The notes under the pieces were generated by a model. That model was given only the letters and a program-made list of their open reading frames with translations. It was not told the DNA's origin and made no database searches. 38,665 nucleotides of DNA from Microcoleaceae cyanobacterium. Its GTDB lineage: Bacteria > Cyanobacteriota > Cyanobacteriia > Cyanobacteriales > Microcoleaceae. Of the stretch, positions 37,170 to 38,665 are shown in pieces; the stretch's first letter is position 1; each line of letters opens with the position of its first letter. Made by a program: the position numbers and the translations under genes. Location of the stretch: contig JBOFUV010000095.1 in NCBI GenBank assembly GCA_051652765.1, positions 1 through 38,665 of the forward strand, read 5' to 3'.

Positions 37170-37366
37170 CTCACTATCTCCATTGAAGTCAACTTTCTCG
37201 TTAAGGCTCAATTCCTGACAGCAGCAGATCTGATCCTGAATCCGGTTCTAGAACGGCCACTGATTGAGTTAACTCCCATCTTCACATTCCAGGGAGAGTC
37301 TTAAGGGAGACCCCGCAGACACAGAGGGTAGGTAACGCTGCGGGCGATAGAACCTACTCTCAGCAG

Positions 37367-38665
37367 CTACTTTACAGCAGAGCGAACAGCAGACTCAGGC
37401 CCCACAGTAGCAACCTTCTCTGTTTTCAGAAGTGCTGTTTGCAGCATTGGAGTATGGGTAACAGAATCAGTGGAGAGGGTGAGCAACGGACTTGATAAAA
37501 TTCCTGCCGTCATCGTTGCAATCAAAGATAGCACCAAGCCAACTTGTAACGGACGCATTCCTGGTAAATCCCAGCGAATCTCTGGGTAATTTTTCACGGC
37601 ATCCGACATCTCATGAGGCTCCTTGACCACCATCATTTTTACCACTCGAATATAGTAGTAAATTGAAATCACGCTAGTCACAAGACCCAGCAGCACTAGG
37701 CTGTACAACCCTGCCTGCCAACCCGCCCAGAAGAGATAAATTTTGCCAAAGAACCCCGCTAGAGGAGGAATTCCCCCCAGGGACAACAAACACATACTTA
37801 ACCCTAAAGTTAACAGCGGATCTTTCTGGTACAAGCCACTGTATTCGCTGATTTGATCTGTTCCAGTCCGGAGGGAGAATAGAATCACACAGGTGAATCC
37901 CCCCAAGTTCATGAACAAATAAATCATCAGATAGAAAATCATACTAGAGTAACCGGCCTCTGTTCCGGCAACCAAGCCGATCATGACAAATCCAGCCTGG
38001 GCAATTGAGGAATAGGCTAGCATCCGCTTCATCCCTGTTTGGGCTAAAGCCACCACATTCCCCAGAATCATACTGAGGATTGCTAAAGCCGTAAACACAA
38101 ATCGCCATTGCTCATCCACCAAGGGAAATGCGTTTGTCAACAAGCGAATCGCCAATGCAAACCCTGCCGCCTTAGAACCAACCGAAAGAAAAGCCACAAC
38201 TGGAGTGGGTGAGCCTTCATAAACATCCGGTGTCCACTGATGAAAAGGCACGGCTGAAATCTTAAAGGAAATTCCAGCAATGACAAATACCAAGGCAATG
38301 ATCAACCCCAGGGAGTCGCCTGTACCTGAAGCCACCATTGCTGCTGTGATCTCAGTTAGCTTGGTTTCTCCCCCTGACAAACCATACAACAAGGACAAGC
38401 CGTAGAGAAATACAGCAGAACTTGCGGCTCCGATCAATAGATACTTCAGCGCTGCTTCATTGGAACGGGGATCACGTTTGGTATAGCCTGTGAGTAAGTA
38501 AGAGGAAATACTCAAGGTTTCCAAAGAAATGAAGATCATCGCAAGTTCATCCGCTCCGGACAAGAACATTGCTCCCAAGGTTGCGGTCAACAAAATTCCC
38601 AGGTACTCTGCCAAGGAGGTTCCGGTCTGTTCAACATAGCGAACCGACATCAGAATTGTCGTCAC
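37367..38665 (-). CDS. ndhB: NAD(P)H-quinone oxidoreductase subunit 2 (NdhB/NuoN), 5'-truncated by the window edge
   Basis: Motifs [40 protein letters not shown] and [11 protein letters not shown]. Confidence 0.97.
   Translation of the reverse strand: MTTILMSVRYVEQTGTSLAEYLGILLTATLGAMFLSGADELAMIFISLETLSISSYLLTGYTKRDPRSNEAALKYLLIGAASSAVFLYGLSLLYGLSGGETKLTEITAAMVASGTGDSLGLIIALVFVIAGISFKISAVPFHQWTPDVYEGSPTPVVAFLSVGSKAAGFALAIRLLTNAFPLVDEQWRFVFTALAILSMILGNVVALAQTGMKRMLAYSSIAQAGFVMIGLVAGTEAGYSSMIFYLMIYLFMNLGGFTCVILFSLRTGTDQISEYSGLYQKDPLLTLGLSMCLLSLGGIPPLAGFFGKIYLFWAGWQAGLYSLVLLGLVTSVISIYYYIRVVKMMVVKEPHEMSDAVKNYPEIRWDLPGMRPLQVGLVLSLIATMTAGILSSPLLTLSTDSVTHTPMLQTALLKTEKVATVGPESAVRSAVK

Noticed and set aside
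37301..37369. Stop-codon read-through of ndhB driven by the downstream pseudoknot
   Set aside because: The analogy is to retroviral eukaryotic signals; it would add only 21 unremarkable residues and nothing else supports it.

Overview
Cyanobacterial chromosomal window, based on about 30 HIP1 octamers (GCGATCGC) from 6.75 kb onward and on chlG, petP, ndhB and a bilin lyase gene. Bases 1 to about 5100 are the HIP1-free right-hand end of a tRNA-Ser(TGA)-targeting integrative element. It carries small ORFs, a Zn-finger/TOPRIM/D5-SF3 primase-helicase preceded by a candidate counter-transcribed RNA, a nested iteron-like repeat array, a tyrosine integrase, and a displaced 3' half of tRNA-Ser flanked on both sides by 11-bp arm-like repeats. 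Next come an IS5-family scrap and two paralogous ~55-nt candidate sRNA genes that share promoter spacing, an upstream motif and a terminator. The rest (6.4-38.7 kb) is mostly ordinary core genome: map, ureC, class A PBP, chlG, Get3/ArsA-like ATPase, petP, trpD, frameshifted prfB, tricorn protease, pstS and ndhB. It also contains a MITE, many short tandem duplications at gene boundaries, and a candidate pseudoknot behind ndhB. All calls come from reading the sequence by eye; no searches were run.
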